From contig JANQQY010000172.1 of assembly GCA_028284845.1 (NCBI GenBank), forward strand, positions 1-44,775: DNA of 44,775 nucleotides, given 5' to 3'. How positions within the stretch are numbered: position 1 is the first letter of the stretch; the number at the start of each line of letters is the position of its first letter. Below the pieces are notes generated by a model. The model did no database searches and was not told the DNA's origin. It saw only the letters and a program-made list of their open reading frames with translations. A program made the position numbers and the translations under genes. This DNA comes from Spirochaetales bacterium (GTDB lineage Bacteria; Spirochaetota; Spirochaetia; DSM-27196; SLST01). Positions 1-8,575 of the stretch are shown here, piece after piece.

Positions 1-683
1 ACGGTCACGTGGTCACAGAGTTGTGCCACAGTCCCCAGGTCGTGCGAGACGTAGAGGGCTGCCGACTGCTCCTCTTTCACCAGCGTTCGCATCAGGTCAA
101 GAATCACCGCCTGCGTTGTGACATCGAGTGCCGTAGTCGGTTCGTCGAAGACGATAAATCGAGGTCGTGTACTCAGGGCCATCGCAATCATGACTCGTTG
201 CAACATCCCGCCCGAGAGCTGGTGGGGATAGCGCCGCAGTACCTCAGCCGGGTCGGCGATGCGCACGTGCTTGAGCGCCTGCTCCGCCGCCTTGAGCGCA
301 TCTGCGCTCTCGAGTCCAAGATGGAGCTCGGTCAGCTCTGCCATCTGTCGATCGATGCGGATCGACGGGTTGAGAGAGTCCATCGGATTCTGCGGGACGA
401 GCGCAATCTGATTCCCCCAGAGCCGGCTCACCTCGCGTTGTCCAAGCGGCACGATGTCTTCGCCGTCAAAGAGTATCCGGCCTGCCGAGATCCTCGCATT
501 CCGAGCGAGGTAGCGCATGATCGCCAAGCCGAGGGTCGACTTGCCGCTGCCGCTCTCACCAACGATACCGTGGATCCGGACCGGCGCGACATCGAGATCC
601 ACATCGCGGACCGCACTCAACCACCGCTGCTCGATTCGGTAGTCTATGGTCAGTCCCCGTGCAGAAACGACGTACTCACTCAT
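1..683 (-). CDS. Peptide/nickel-type ABC transporter ATP-binding protein (DppD/OppD-like); N-terminal part only, gene runs off the left edge
   Basis: Absent from the ORF track because it has no stop in the window. The reverse complement from ATG at 683 reads MSEYVVSARGLTIDYRIEQRWLSAVRDVDLDV..IVGESGSGKSTLG (Walker A), ..YPHQLSGGMLQRVMIAMAL (signature) and FIVFDEPTTALD (Walker B). It starts 4 nt after the upstream permease stop. Confidence 0.9.
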   Translation of the reverse strand, partial: MSEYVVSARGLTIDYRIEQRWLSAVRDVDLDVAPVRIHGIVGESGSGKSTLGLAIMRYLARNARISAGRILFDGEDIVPLGQREVSRLWGNQIALVPQNPMDSLNPSIRIDRQMAELTELHLGLESADALKAAEQALKHVRIADPAEVLRRYPHQLSGGMLQRVMIAMALSTRPRFIVFDEPTTALDVTTQAVILDLMRTLVKEEQSAALYVSHDLGTVAQLCDHVT

Positions 684-686
684 CGA

Positions 687-1634
687 CTAATCCTCATCCC
701 GGAGGACACGGCGCAGGCCGTCCGACATCAGATTGACGCAGATGATCAAGAGAGCGATCGCGACAACCGGATACCAGAGCTCCCAGGGGGCATCAGCAAA
801 CTGAGTCCGGGCGTCCAACACCATGCGACCCCATTCGGGTGACGGCGGCTGCACCCCAAGACCCAGGAAGCCGAGCGAGGTGACCAGTATGATCGCGTAG
901 GAGAGCCTGAGTGCCGCTTCCACAACGAGCGCCGGCAGGACCGAGGGAAGGATCTGGCGAAACAAGATATGTCCGGTCCTCTCACCGCGCAGCTTTGCCT
1001 CTTCGATGTACCCTTTCTCGCGGATCGAGAGCGTTGCGCTGCGTACCACTCGAGCGATGATGGGAACGTAGACAATCACCACGACGAAGGTCAGGCTGAT
1101 CTCTCCCGCACCAATAGCTTCCACGAGTGCGCTCTCCATTCCCTCGAGGAGCGGCACGATCGTAGAGATCATCACCAGCGCAAGAACCATTGCCGGAATC
1201 GAGATAAGACTGTCCAGGATCCTCGAGACGATGTTGTCGAGCGCTCCACCGGCGTATCCAATCAGGAGCCCAAGGGCAGAACCAAAGACGACAGAGAGCA
1301 GGGTGGCTACCAGCGGGAGGCCGACTGTTTCACGCGCGCCCCAGAGCAGCCTGCTCAGGACATCCCGTCCTCTTTGATCCGTTCCCAATCGAAAGGTGGA
1401 TGAGGGTGGCTCGCTGGTCATTGCGCGTCGGCTCTCAAGACCGATGTCCGTGCCGCGTATGATCTGGTCAGGAGGATATGGGGCGAGTAGGGGACCAAAC
1501 AGAGTTAGAAAGGCAAAAAAAAGAACGCCCGCCGCGCCGACCACCGTCAGTGGTCGGCTGAACAGGCGCCTCATTCGTTCAAGACCGCGACCTCGGTTTC
1601 GAACCGAGGATTCCGCGGTACCGGTCACTGCCAC
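687..1634 (-). CDS. Peptide ABC transporter permease (DppC/OppC-like)
   Basis: 315-aa ORF with multiple hydrophobic helices. It has a DppC-type N-terminus (..LFGPLLAPYPPDQII..LGTDQRGRDVLSRLLWGARETV) and an EAA-like loop (YIEEAKLRGERTGHILFRQILP). GTG start lies 1 nt after the binding-protein stop; the exact start is uncertain (an internal MRRLF.. start is possible). Confidence 0.85.
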   Translation of the reverse strand: MAVTGTAESSVRNRGRGLERMRRLFSRPLTVVGAAGVLFFAFLTLFGPLLAPYPPDQIIRGTDIGLESRRAMTSEPPSSTFRLGTDQRGRDVLSRLLWGARETVGLPLVATLLSVVFGSALGLLIGYAGGALDNIVSRILDSLISIPAMVLALVMISTIVPLLEGMESALVEAIGAGEISLTFVVVIVYVPIIARVVRSATLSIREKGYIEEAKLRGERTGHILFRQILPSVLPALVVEAALRLSYAIILVTSLGFLGLGVQPPSPEWGRMVLDARTQFADAPWELWYPVVAIALLIICVNLMSDGLRRVLRDED

Positions 1635-1635
1635 C

Positions 1636-3234
1636 CTACTGGAGGCTGACTCCGGCGAAGTTCGTTCGTCCAGGGAAGGGATGCATTTCCAGACCCTGCA
1701 CGTAGTTCTTGAAAGCGCCCACGACCGGACGGAAGTATGGAATCAGGATTGGACCCTCTTCCAGGAAGATGGCGCTGATCTCATCATAGATGGCGCCACG
1801 TGCAGCAACGTCGGCGGTCTCAGAGGCCTGTGCGGCGAGCGCATCAAGTTCTGCGTTTGACCATGCGGCCTCGTTGAAGGGCGCGCCGGTCGTATATGCG
1901 ACACTCAGGTACTCCTGAGGAGTCGGGCGTGAGCCCCAGGCGGTCATGCCAAGCTGCGTGTTGATCCAGTTGTTGTCGCCTTCTGCGTAGTAGACGTTCT
2001 CCGGGACGACGTTCAGCTCAACAAAGATGTTCGACTCTTCCCACTGCTGCTGAAGGAACTCCGCCACAAGACCGTACTCGAAAGTGTTGCCAACGTAGAA
2101 CGGAACCTCAATGCGAGCTTCTCCGCCAACCTCGACCACATAGCCGTTGCCGGTTCCATCTGCAAGGACCGCGGCGATCAACTCCTTCGCTCGATCCGGG
2201 TCGAACGCCTGGTTCGCCTGCGGGTTGTAGAGTGCGCCGTAGGTCGGCCCGATGGGGTCGTTGTTCCCAACCGTCCCCGCCCCGTCAAGAACGTCAAGGT
2301 TGATGAGTTCTCGGTCGGTAGCGTACTTGAACGCCTGTCGGAGACGAACGTCCTCACCGATCGAGCCTTCGTCGGCGCGGAGTCGGATTACCGGGTGGGT
2401 GTTGGTCGCCTGATTAACGACGGTCGCATCAGCGACGCGGTTCAGCGCGCTCAAGAGGTCGTCTGGGACCTTGATGATGAAGTCGAGGTCGCCGCTCCGG
2501 AAGGCGTCGAGCTGCGACTGATCGTCGTCGAAGAAGATCAGCTCAACCTCGTCAAGCTCGGGAGTTCCGCCCCAGTAGTTCTCGTTCGCGACAAAGACGG
2601 CACGCTGATCGGCAGCATACTCGCTGAGTACAAACGGGCCTGTACCGTTGAAGTTCGCGTAGGGATCCGCGCCGGTGGCGATCTCATTCACGTCCGATGC
2701 GTCGCTCGAAAGAATGAGTGCAAACCGAGATGCGACGCCGTAGATGAAGTCGGCATTCGGCTGCTCCAGCTCAAAGACCACGGAGAGCGGTCCGGCTGCC
2801 TCTACCGTCCATGTTGGGCCGTCGTCGTCGGTGCCTAGCAGACCAACGATTGAAGAGCCGGCAGTGACCAGTCGCTCAAAGGTGAACACAACGTCCTCGG
2901 AGCCGAAGCTCGATCCGTCCTCAAAGGTAACCCCATCGCGGAGTTCCAGCGAGAACGTCAGGCCGTCTGCACTCGTCTCCCAGCTGGTTGCGAGCGACGG
3001 GGCGAGGGTGCCGTCCGGGAGGATGTCGATGAGGTAGTCGTACTGCAGACGATTGAACATGACCTCCGGGTCGTTCGCGCCAAGGGCAGGGTCGATGGTG
3101 GTGAGTTTTCGAAGCCCGACGGAAAGAACTTGCTCTCCGGAACCAGGATCTTCAGTCGTACCGGTAGCGAATGCGCCTCCGGCAAGGATGACAGCGACGA
3201 ATGCTGCCAGGATGAGTCGGCGTAGGAAATGCAT
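1636..3234 (-). CDS. ABC transporter substrate-binding protein, family 5 (peptide/nickel type)
   Basis: 532-aa ORF with an N-terminal signal peptide (MHFLRRLILAAFVAVILAGGAFATG). Size and sequence character are typical of OppA/DppA-family binding proteins, and it is first gene of the minus-strand ABC operon. Confidence 0.8.
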   Translation of the reverse strand: MHFLRRLILAAFVAVILAGGAFATGTTEDPGSGEQVLSVGLRKLTTIDPALGANDPEVMFNRLQYDYLIDILPDGTLAPSLATSWETSADGLTFSLELRDGVTFEDGSSFGSEDVVFTFERLVTAGSSIVGLLGTDDDGPTWTVEAAGPLSVVFELEQPNADFIYGVASRFALILSSDASDVNEIATGADPYANFNGTGPFVLSEYAADQRAVFVANENYWGGTPELDEVELIFFDDDQSQLDAFRSGDLDFIIKVPDDLLSALNRVADATVVNQATNTHPVIRLRADEGSIGEDVRLRQAFKYATDRELINLDVLDGAGTVGNNDPIGPTYGALYNPQANQAFDPDRAKELIAAVLADGTGNGYVVEVGGEARIEVPFYVGNTFEYGLVAEFLQQQWEESNIFVELNVVPENVYYAEGDNNWINTQLGMTAWGSRPTPQEYLSVAYTTGAPFNEAAWSNAELDALAAQASETADVAARGAIYDEISAIFLEEGPILIPYFRPVVGAFKNYVQGLEMHPFPGRTNFAGVSLQ

Positions 3235-3370
3235 GGGAACTCCTCTGAGTTGCGACGTAGTCGCCTCGGACCGGTGGTTTTCTTCGTGCCTATCACGAAG
3301 TGGCGTCCGAGCACCTCTAAGATAGTGCTATGCCGAGCACCCGTCGAATCTGCGGGAGCATCCGCCCGAA

Positions 3371-4444
3371 CTACCCGTGGACGACCTGGACCTTGATTGC
3401 GTTTCCGCGCTCAGCGGCGAGCTCGAACGCCTGTGGCGTGTCTTGGAACGGGAAGGTCGCGCTGATCAAGGGACGGACATCGACGCGTCGGGAGGAGAGC
3501 ATGCTCATCGTGAGCGGATAGATGTCGCTGTACCTGAACGAGCCTATGTAGCGAAGCTCCTTGGACATGATGAGGTTCGCAGGTAGCTCTACCGCAGAAG
3601 GGATACTTCCGATCTGGACGATCGTCCCCCCGCGTTTCGCGAGGTCAAGGTTTGCGCGCACCGCGGCCGGAGCACCGGACGCCTCAAACACAATATCGAA
3701 TCCGCCGGTCGCGGCCTGGGTCTCTGCCATCTGTTCGCCCTGGGTGGGGTCGACTGCGTAATCCGCGCCCTGTTCCAGCGCGAATGTCCGTCTAAACTCC
3801 TGAAGATCGCTCACGGTTACGGTTGATGCGCCGAGCGCTCGCGCTGCGAGAGCGACAAACTGTCCGATCGTTCCGCCGCCGGTGACAAGAACATTCGCGC
3901 CGGCGACGCTTCCCGGGCGGGTGACGGCGTGCACGGCCACCGCCAGGGGCTCAAGACATGTTCCCTCGCCCCAGGAGAGATGTTCGGGAACCACGAAACA
4001 GTTCTGGACGGGCACCGTCACATACTCGGCAAAACCGCCATTGATGTGGGGAATCGTTGCAGCGGTTCCGACAAAGCGCAGATTCGTGCAGAGGTTGTGG
4101 CGTCCTGCGCGGCAGTACTCGCAGACGCGACACGGTATTGACGGGTCGATGGCAACGCGCGAACCCACTTTCACGCCAAAGCCTCCGGTGCCGGGCTTGA
4201 TACCCGCAGCGACAGCGTCCGGAACATCGCCCACGGAGAGAACCTCCCCGGCGAGTTCGTGGCCAAGGACGAGCGGTCCCACCGGAACGAACGACCCGAT
4301 CTTCCCGTGGAGGTAGTACTCGATATCGGATCCACAGATGCCAACGGTGTTCACACGAATGAGAACCTCGCCCGGGCCCGGTGAGGGTTCCGATCCCTCG
4401 CGTTCAACAAGCTGTTTTGGACCGTCCAGATAGACTGCTTTCAT
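3371..4444 (-). CDS. Zn-dependent medium-chain alcohol/polyol dehydrogenase (sorbitol / L-idonate / threonine dehydrogenase-like)
   Basis: This is the C-terminal 357 aa of the 637-aa track ORF. ATG at 4444 is preceded by AAGGAG. Catalytic Zn motif GICGSDIEYY..GHELAG, structural Zn cluster CRVCEYCRAGRHNLC and NAD fold VLVTGGGTIG are present. The upstream 280 aa of the track ORF is antisense to the amidase gene and was discarded. Confidence 0.85.
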   Translation of the reverse strand: MKAVYLDGPKQLVEREGSEPSPGPGEVLIRVNTVGICGSDIEYYLHGKIGSFVPVGPLVLGHELAGEVLSVGDVPDAVAAGIKPGTGGFGVKVGSRVAIDPSIPCRVCEYCRAGRHNLCTNLRFVGTAATIPHINGGFAEYVTVPVQNCFVVPEHLSWGEGTCLEPLAVAVHAVTRPGSVAGANVLVTGGGTIGQFVALAARALGASTVTVSDLQEFRRTFALEQGADYAVDPTQGEQMAETQAATGGFDIVFEASGAPAAVRANLDLAKRGGTIVQIGSIPSAVELPANLIMSKELRYIGSFRYSDIYPLTMSMLSSRRVDVRPLISATFPFQDTPQAFELAAERGNAIKVQVVHG

Positions 4445-4546
4445 GTCGACTCCTTCCCCTTTGTACGACGATCTACAAGACTCTGCAATTGCGTTGTTAT
4501 TCTGACAGTGGTAGTCAGAAATAGTGCGGGTATATAGATTCTCCCG

Positions 4547-5536
4547 GTGAAGAGAAAACGAACGGGGAGAGCGGATATCCGCGTTCTTGTTGTTGTTGGA
4601 GCCGTTGCGGTTGCCGGACTTCTTTCGCTTGTGGCAGTGCGTATCGCCGAATCGCGTCGTGAAGCCGCATGGGATGCGGTTCTTCAGGAGGCCCGCGATT
4701 CCACACCGCCTATCATACCCCTGGAAGGGCCGTTTACGGTCGCCATTCAGCCCGGTCATTGGAAGATAGACGAGACGCCTGCTGAGATCCGTCGTCGGCC
4801 GCGAAGCAGCGGCGCCGAGTACGCCGGAGTTCGAGAACTCGATATCAATCTTGCCGTTGTGGATCGGCTCGTGCCTCTGCTCGAGTCCGAAGGATGGGAG
4901 GTCATTGTCATTCCTGCGACGGTGCCTCCCGGCATGCGAGTTGACGCGTTTATCTCCATCCACGCCGATTGGGGCTCGGACATTCGACGAAACGGCTGGA
5001 AGCTCTCGCCACCGTGGAGGCCGAGCGAGGCATCGAGCCTGTTGGCCGCCTCGCTTAAGCAGGCCTTTGCCTCGAGAGAAGAGCTCCGTGAGGATGTCGG
5101 CGGTATCACCGTTGGGATGCGCGCCTACTTCGGCTTCTCCTATCAACGCTATCATCACGCCTCGAGTCCCTACACGCCGGCGACCCTCGTGGAGCTGGGG
5201 TTCGTTACGAATCGAACCGAACGGATCCGAATGTCGACCAACCCGGATTACTACGCTCAGATCTTGTACGAGGGTCTCAAACACTACCGATACACGGTGG
5301 GACGTCCGCAGGCTGAAGCGCTCGTCCCGCGGATCTTCAGCACGATGTTTGTGGGTCCTGAGGGTGCACAGGTTCGGCTCACGCCGGATGCCGACGCGCC
5401 GTGGATTCGTGCGCTTGAGCCTGGAGAGCCGGTGACACCGGTGGACGCCGCCGAAGGCTGGTTCGAGGTTCGGACTCGCAATCCGAATCAGATTGGATGG
5501 GTAGCTGCCGCCGATCTACGGGGCGGCAATTCGTGA
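4547..5536 (+). CDS. N-acetylmuramoyl-L-alanine amidase (Amidase_3 type) with N-terminal membrane anchor and C-terminal SH3-like domain
   Basis: 329-aa ORF with a GTG start and a TM anchor (IRVLVVVGAVAVAGLLSLVAV). Amidase_3-like core: VAIQPGH..E..LDINLAVVDRLVPLLESEGWEVIV...DAFISIHAD. The C-terminal GWFEVRT..GWVAAADL is SH3b-like. Confidence 0.7.
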   Translation: MKRKRTGRADIRVLVVVGAVAVAGLLSLVAVRIAESRREAAWDAVLQEARDSTPPIIPLEGPFTVAIQPGHWKIDETPAEIRRRPRSSGAEYAGVRELDINLAVVDRLVPLLESEGWEVIVIPATVPPGMRVDAFISIHADWGSDIRRNGWKLSPPWRPSEASSLLAASLKQAFASREELREDVGGITVGMRAYFGFSYQRYHHASSPYTPATLVELGFVTNRTERIRMSTNPDYYAQILYEGLKHYRYTVGRPQAEALVPRIFSTMFVGPEGAQVRLTPDADAPWIRALEPGEPVTPVDAAEGWFEVRTRNPNQIGWVAAADLRGGNS

Positions 5537-5552
5537 TCGGCGATGGGCCGTA

Positions 5553-6035
5553 CTACGCACGTCTGCTGAGGATCACTCCTACCAATTGTTCAAGGCAGAT
5601 TTCCCACCCCTCGGTAAAGCCCATCTTCGCATGCGAGTCCCTCGTCTTGATGTTCGCATGCAATGCCCGCGCTCGGTAGCGGGTCCCCGACTCCGCCGGG
5701 TCGAAGGAGATCGCCCCGGTGAAGAAGCTCGAACCCGTGGGTCGGAACCCAGGACCAAGGGCGTCGGTAAAAACCACCAGTCGATTCGGTACAAGGTAGA
5801 GGTAACACCCCGGATCCTTGCTTACATCTCCGTCCGGTGACTCGATGGCGACTGTGAACTCCCCACCCGGTTCCGGTACGGCAACGCAGCTCGCCACGCG
5901 GTAGGGCTCCGGGACGAACCACTCAGCGATCCACTCGGGATCGGTCCATCCTCGATAGAGTTCTTCGGCCTCCACGGGGACGACTCGATCAAGGATCAGA
6001 TCCGTGCTTTTCCTGAACGTAATTGGCTCACTCAT
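5553..6035 (-). CDS. SRPBCC superfamily protein (Aha1/START-like domain)
   Basis: 160-aa ORF. The ..LYRGWTDPEWIAEWF.P.. pattern is typical of Aha1-domain SRPBCC proteins. Its start overlaps the upstream gene stop by 8 nt. Confidence 0.6.
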   Translation of the reverse strand: MSEPITFRKSTDLILDRVVPVEAEELYRGWTDPEWIAEWFVPEPYRVASCVAVPEPGGEFTVAIESPDGDVSKDPGCYLYLVPNRLVVFTDALGPGFRPTGSSFFTGAISFDPAESGTRYRARALHANIKTRDSHAKMGFTEGWEICLEQLVGVILSRRA

Positions 6036-7164
6036 TGGGAACCTCCAATTCGAACGGTTCGCGGAAGATCGAGGTGCCGTTCATTCTCACTTCTATGTAA
6101 TGTGTGCCGCCGTAGAAGTTCTGGTTCTTGAACGGTTTGAAGTGGTGGGTCTTCTCAAGGCGGAGGCTTCCGCCGGCCGCAATGGTCTTGTCCGGCATTC
6201 GGAAAACCTTGTCTTTGTTGGCGCCGTTCGCCTTCCGGAACGCGATGACGTAGTTGAGCGCAAGCTTCCGAGGCTCTTTCACCGCAGACTCGAAGGAGAC
6301 GGCGAACGAGAGAGATTGCCCAAGCGAAAGGGAGCGTGGCGCTATCTCCCGCTCTGTGGCGCTGATGCCGGTAGAATCGTATCCCAACAGTTTGAGCGCC
6401 CCCTGGTGATCCTGTTTTACGAGTGTCCGGAGTGCGTGACGGCTGAGCCAACCGAGCTTCTCGTCCGCTGCGTCCGGCGCATCGTGCCATCGGCGAAGGG
6501 TAGTGACGACGATCTCCGGGTTGTCCTTTGCGATGTCATTGAGATTGTTGGCGACAGATCGGCGAACCATCAGGTTCTCGTCGTCGTAGAGTCGGTCGAG
6601 GAGCGCGATCACCGGTGCTGGATCACTCTGGAACGTCGGCAGCCGGGGAGAGAGCGGAAGCCGGGGTCGCGTCCCTTCGCTCGCGAGTCGGCGTGCGAAG
6701 GGGCTTGGATCGCGCGTGAGATCGGTGAGGAAGGTGAGCGTCTTCTCCGGATAACGAATGAGGAACGGTCTGATGTCGCCCTCCGCGGTGAATCGCTTTG
6801 TCATCTCGTACAACGCGTGCAGAGCCAGATCCGGCTCATCCATTCCATAGGAGCTCACGAACATCGTCAGTGGCATGACGTAGAAGCCCTCGTAGCCCTT
6901 GATCGCGTCTTCCTCCGGTTCCGGACCAAGCGACTTCACCAGAATAGAGACGGCGTCCTCAAAGCGCTCCGGTAGGTAGGCCGCCAGTGCATCACGAATC
7001 TTCTTGGCGCGATCTCCGTAGCTCAACGAGTCGATTCCGGTGCACGACTCGGTGAGGAATCCCTCCTGGTCAAATCCCTTCCACGCCGTTGCGACCTGCG
7101 ATCCTATGAACTCAATACGCTTCCGATTGAAGATCTCTCTGAAGAGGAAGGGTTCGTCGGCCAT
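6028..7164 (-). CDS. DNA alkylation repair-type HEAT-repeat protein (AlkC-like) with C-terminal beta-rich domain
   Basis: 378-aa ORF. The motif RRSVANNLNDIAKDNPEIV and helical repeats resemble the DNA_alkylation (AlkC/AlkD) family. The last ~110 aa are beta-rich, as in Ig-like-domain AlkC proteins. Confidence 0.55.
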   Translation of the reverse strand: MADEPFLFREIFNRKRIEFIGSQVATAWKGFDQEGFLTESCTGIDSLSYGDRAKKIRDALAAYLPERFEDAVSILVKSLGPEPEEDAIKGYEGFYVMPLTMFVSSYGMDEPDLALHALYEMTKRFTAEGDIRPFLIRYPEKTLTFLTDLTRDPSPFARRLASEGTRPRLPLSPRLPTFQSDPAPVIALLDRLYDDENLMVRRSVANNLNDIAKDNPEIVVTTLRRWHDAPDAADEKLGWLSRHALRTLVKQDHQGALKLLGYDSTGISATEREIAPRSLSLGQSLSFAVSFESAVKEPRKLALNYVIAFRKANGANKDKVFRMPDKTIAAGGSLRLEKTHHFKPFKNQNFYGGTHYIEVRMNGTSIFREPFELEVPNE

Positions 7165-7233
7165 GCCGCAGCCTACGGCACCTCACCACGTGACGCAAGG
7201 TGATAATTGAGATATTGGTGGGAACAAAAAAAA

Positions 7234-7268
7234 GTGTGATATGTGTGATCAAATGGACTATAATCACA
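7234..7268 (+). promoter_or_regulatory. Candidate promoter and operator for the chaperone-usher cluster
   Basis: AT-rich island in a GC-rich genome. There is a perfect TATAAT at 7259-7264, with only a weak -35. GTGTGAT occurs twice in direct repeat (7234-7240, 7243-7249) and once inverted as ATCACA (7263-7268), overlapping the -10. Confidence 0.4.
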
Positions 7269-7300
7269 ACAAAACGTAGATCCATCGTTTGGAGGAGAGT

Positions 7301-7816
7301 ATGAAAGCAATACTCCGATATGTACTGATTCTCTCACTGCTCGCTGTTACGTCCGGCATCGCGTTCGCCGCGAATGGCGACACGCTCAACATTGGCGGGC
7401 AGGTTCCGCTGACGCTCGACCTTACCGTCACTGCGGACGCTTCGGCTGACAATCTCACGCTTGTTGGCACGACCTCAGGATTCAATCCCACGATTGCCGC
7501 GATCAGCATCACGACGAACAACAACGCCGGATGGGAACTCTGGGTGTTTTCTACCAATGCCGACGGTTCCGGAACGTCGATGAACAACGGCGACGCGACT
7601 CCAAGCGAGATCGCATACACGATCGAGTACAGTGGCACCGGTGGTGGAGCCTCCGCCGCCATTACCACTGCCGGGCTCAAGGTGGGTGAGAACACTGCGA
7701 CCGCGCCGGTTGCGACTCCCGAGACCGGTGATCTCTCGATCACCTACGATCAGTCGCAGACCTATCCGGCGGGCTACTATTCGGATCAGCTCACGATTGT
7801 TCTGAGGGCAAAGTAA
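7301..7816 (+). CDS. Secreted fibre subunit, spore-coat-protein-U (SCPU)/Csu-pilin-like
   Basis: ATG at 7301 is preceded by GGAGGAG (7291-7297). Signal peptide MKAILRYVLILSLLAVTSGIAFA. The protein is Thr/Gly/Ala-rich and beta-rich, the mature part has no cysteine, and the C-terminal strand motif is PAGYYSDQLTIVLRAK. Confidence 0.65.
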   Translation: MKAILRYVLILSLLAVTSGIAFAANGDTLNIGGQVPLTLDLTVTADASADNLTLVGTTSGFNPTIAAISITTNNNAGWELWVFSTNADGSGTSMNNGDATPSEIAYTIEYSGTGGGASAAITTAGLKVGENTATAPVATPETGDLSITYDQSQTYPAGYYSDQLTIVLRAK

Positions 7817-7823
7817 CCAACAC

Positions 7824-8573
7824 TTGCGATCCTCGACGACTCGGATTCTTACAGCCCTGGCGCTGGCACTGCTTGCGGCGCCTGGGCTCCTTGGCTTCAG
7901 TTTTGAGCCCATAACGCAGGACTTTGCGCCTTCCGGTGAGGGGGCGAATCACGTCTTCCGCGTGGTCAACACGACTGCCGATCGGATTGCCGTTCGCGTA
8001 TCGGTTCGGCCACGAAGGATCGAGCCGAACGGAGAAGAGATCCAGGGAAAAGAATCCGACGAGTTCGTTGTCTACCCGCGGCAGATGCTCCTTGACCCGG
8101 GTGAGAGGCGGAGCGTTCGTGTCGCGTGGAGAGGGACCGATTCCCCCGAGCGGGAGCTCTCGTTCCGCATCATCGCCGAGCAGCTTCCCGTCAATGTTGA
8201 CGAGGCTCCGGCGACTCAGGGCGGCGGAATCGTCCTCACCTATCGGTATGAAGGAAGCCTCTACGTCGTGCCACCGGGCGCTTCGCCGCAGATTCAACTG
8301 GAAACGGTGGAGTCCGCATTCTTCAACGGTCAACCCGCGCTGGGCATCACCGTCCGCAATGACGGGACGAGACATCGACTGCTCTCTAACGCGCGTGTCG
8401 AAATCTCCTCGCAGCCCGGCGGAGACCCGGTTGTGACGCTTGGACCGGAGGCGCTTCCCGGCATGAACGGCGAAAACATGCTGGCAGGCTCCACTCGTGA
8501 CTTCTATGTTCCGCTGCCGGCGGAGCTACCCGACGGATCGCTGTACGGAAGGATCGTACTCGACGAAGAGTAA
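7824..8573 (+). CDS. PapD-like periplasmic pilus chaperone
   Basis: Signal peptide (ILTALALALLAAPGLLG). Canonical chaperone pattern ..HVFRVVNTTADRIAVRVSV.. and FVVYPRQMLLDPGERRSVRVAWRG..PERELSFRIIAEQLPV. Only a TTG start is available at 7824, so the start is uncertain. Confidence 0.7.
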   Translation: MRSSTTRILTALALALLAAPGLLGFSFEPITQDFAPSGEGANHVFRVVNTTADRIAVRVSVRPRRIEPNGEEIQGKESDEFVVYPRQMLLDPGERRSVRVAWRGTDSPERELSFRIIAEQLPVNVDEAPATQGGGIVLTYRYEGSLYVVPPGASPQIQLETVESAFFNGQPALGITVRNDGTRHRLLSNARVEISSQPGGDPVVTLGPEALPGMNGENMLAGSTRDFYVPLPAELPDGSLYGRIVLDEE

Positions 8574-8575
8574 GT

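Noticed and set aside
9-842. 277-aa plus-strand ORF at the left edge
   Set aside because: It lies exactly antisense to a minus-strand reading frame with unmistakable ABC ATPase motifs (Walker A, signature, Walker B) and to the permease 3' end. Its own translation is Arg/His-rich nonsense, typical of GC-rich antisense frames.
3282-3300. Perfect 7-bp hairpin CTTCGTG-cctat-CACGAAG between the dehydrogenase and the peptide-binding-protein genes
   Set aside because: It has no U-tract after the stem on the transcribed (minus) strand, so it is not a convincing intrinsic terminator. Its partial resemblance to the MITE terminus (TCACGAAG) is too short to be meaningful.
4502-4518. Small palindrome CTGAC-N7-GTCAG in the divergent dehydrogenase/amidase intergenic region
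   Set aside because: The arms are only 5 bp and it occurs once, which is insufficient to call an operator.
4445-5284. N-terminal 280-aa extension of the 637-aa minus-strand ORF (3371-5284)
   Set aside because: The extension is antisense to the amidase gene and has no recognisable motifs. The dehydrogenase has its own ATG at 4444 with an AAGGAG SD and a complete N-terminal MDR domain from that point.
6004-6975. 323-aa plus-strand ORF
   Set aside because: Antisense to the AlkC-like gene. Its composition is Arg/Glu/Val-rich with no motifs, a GC-rich shadow ORF.
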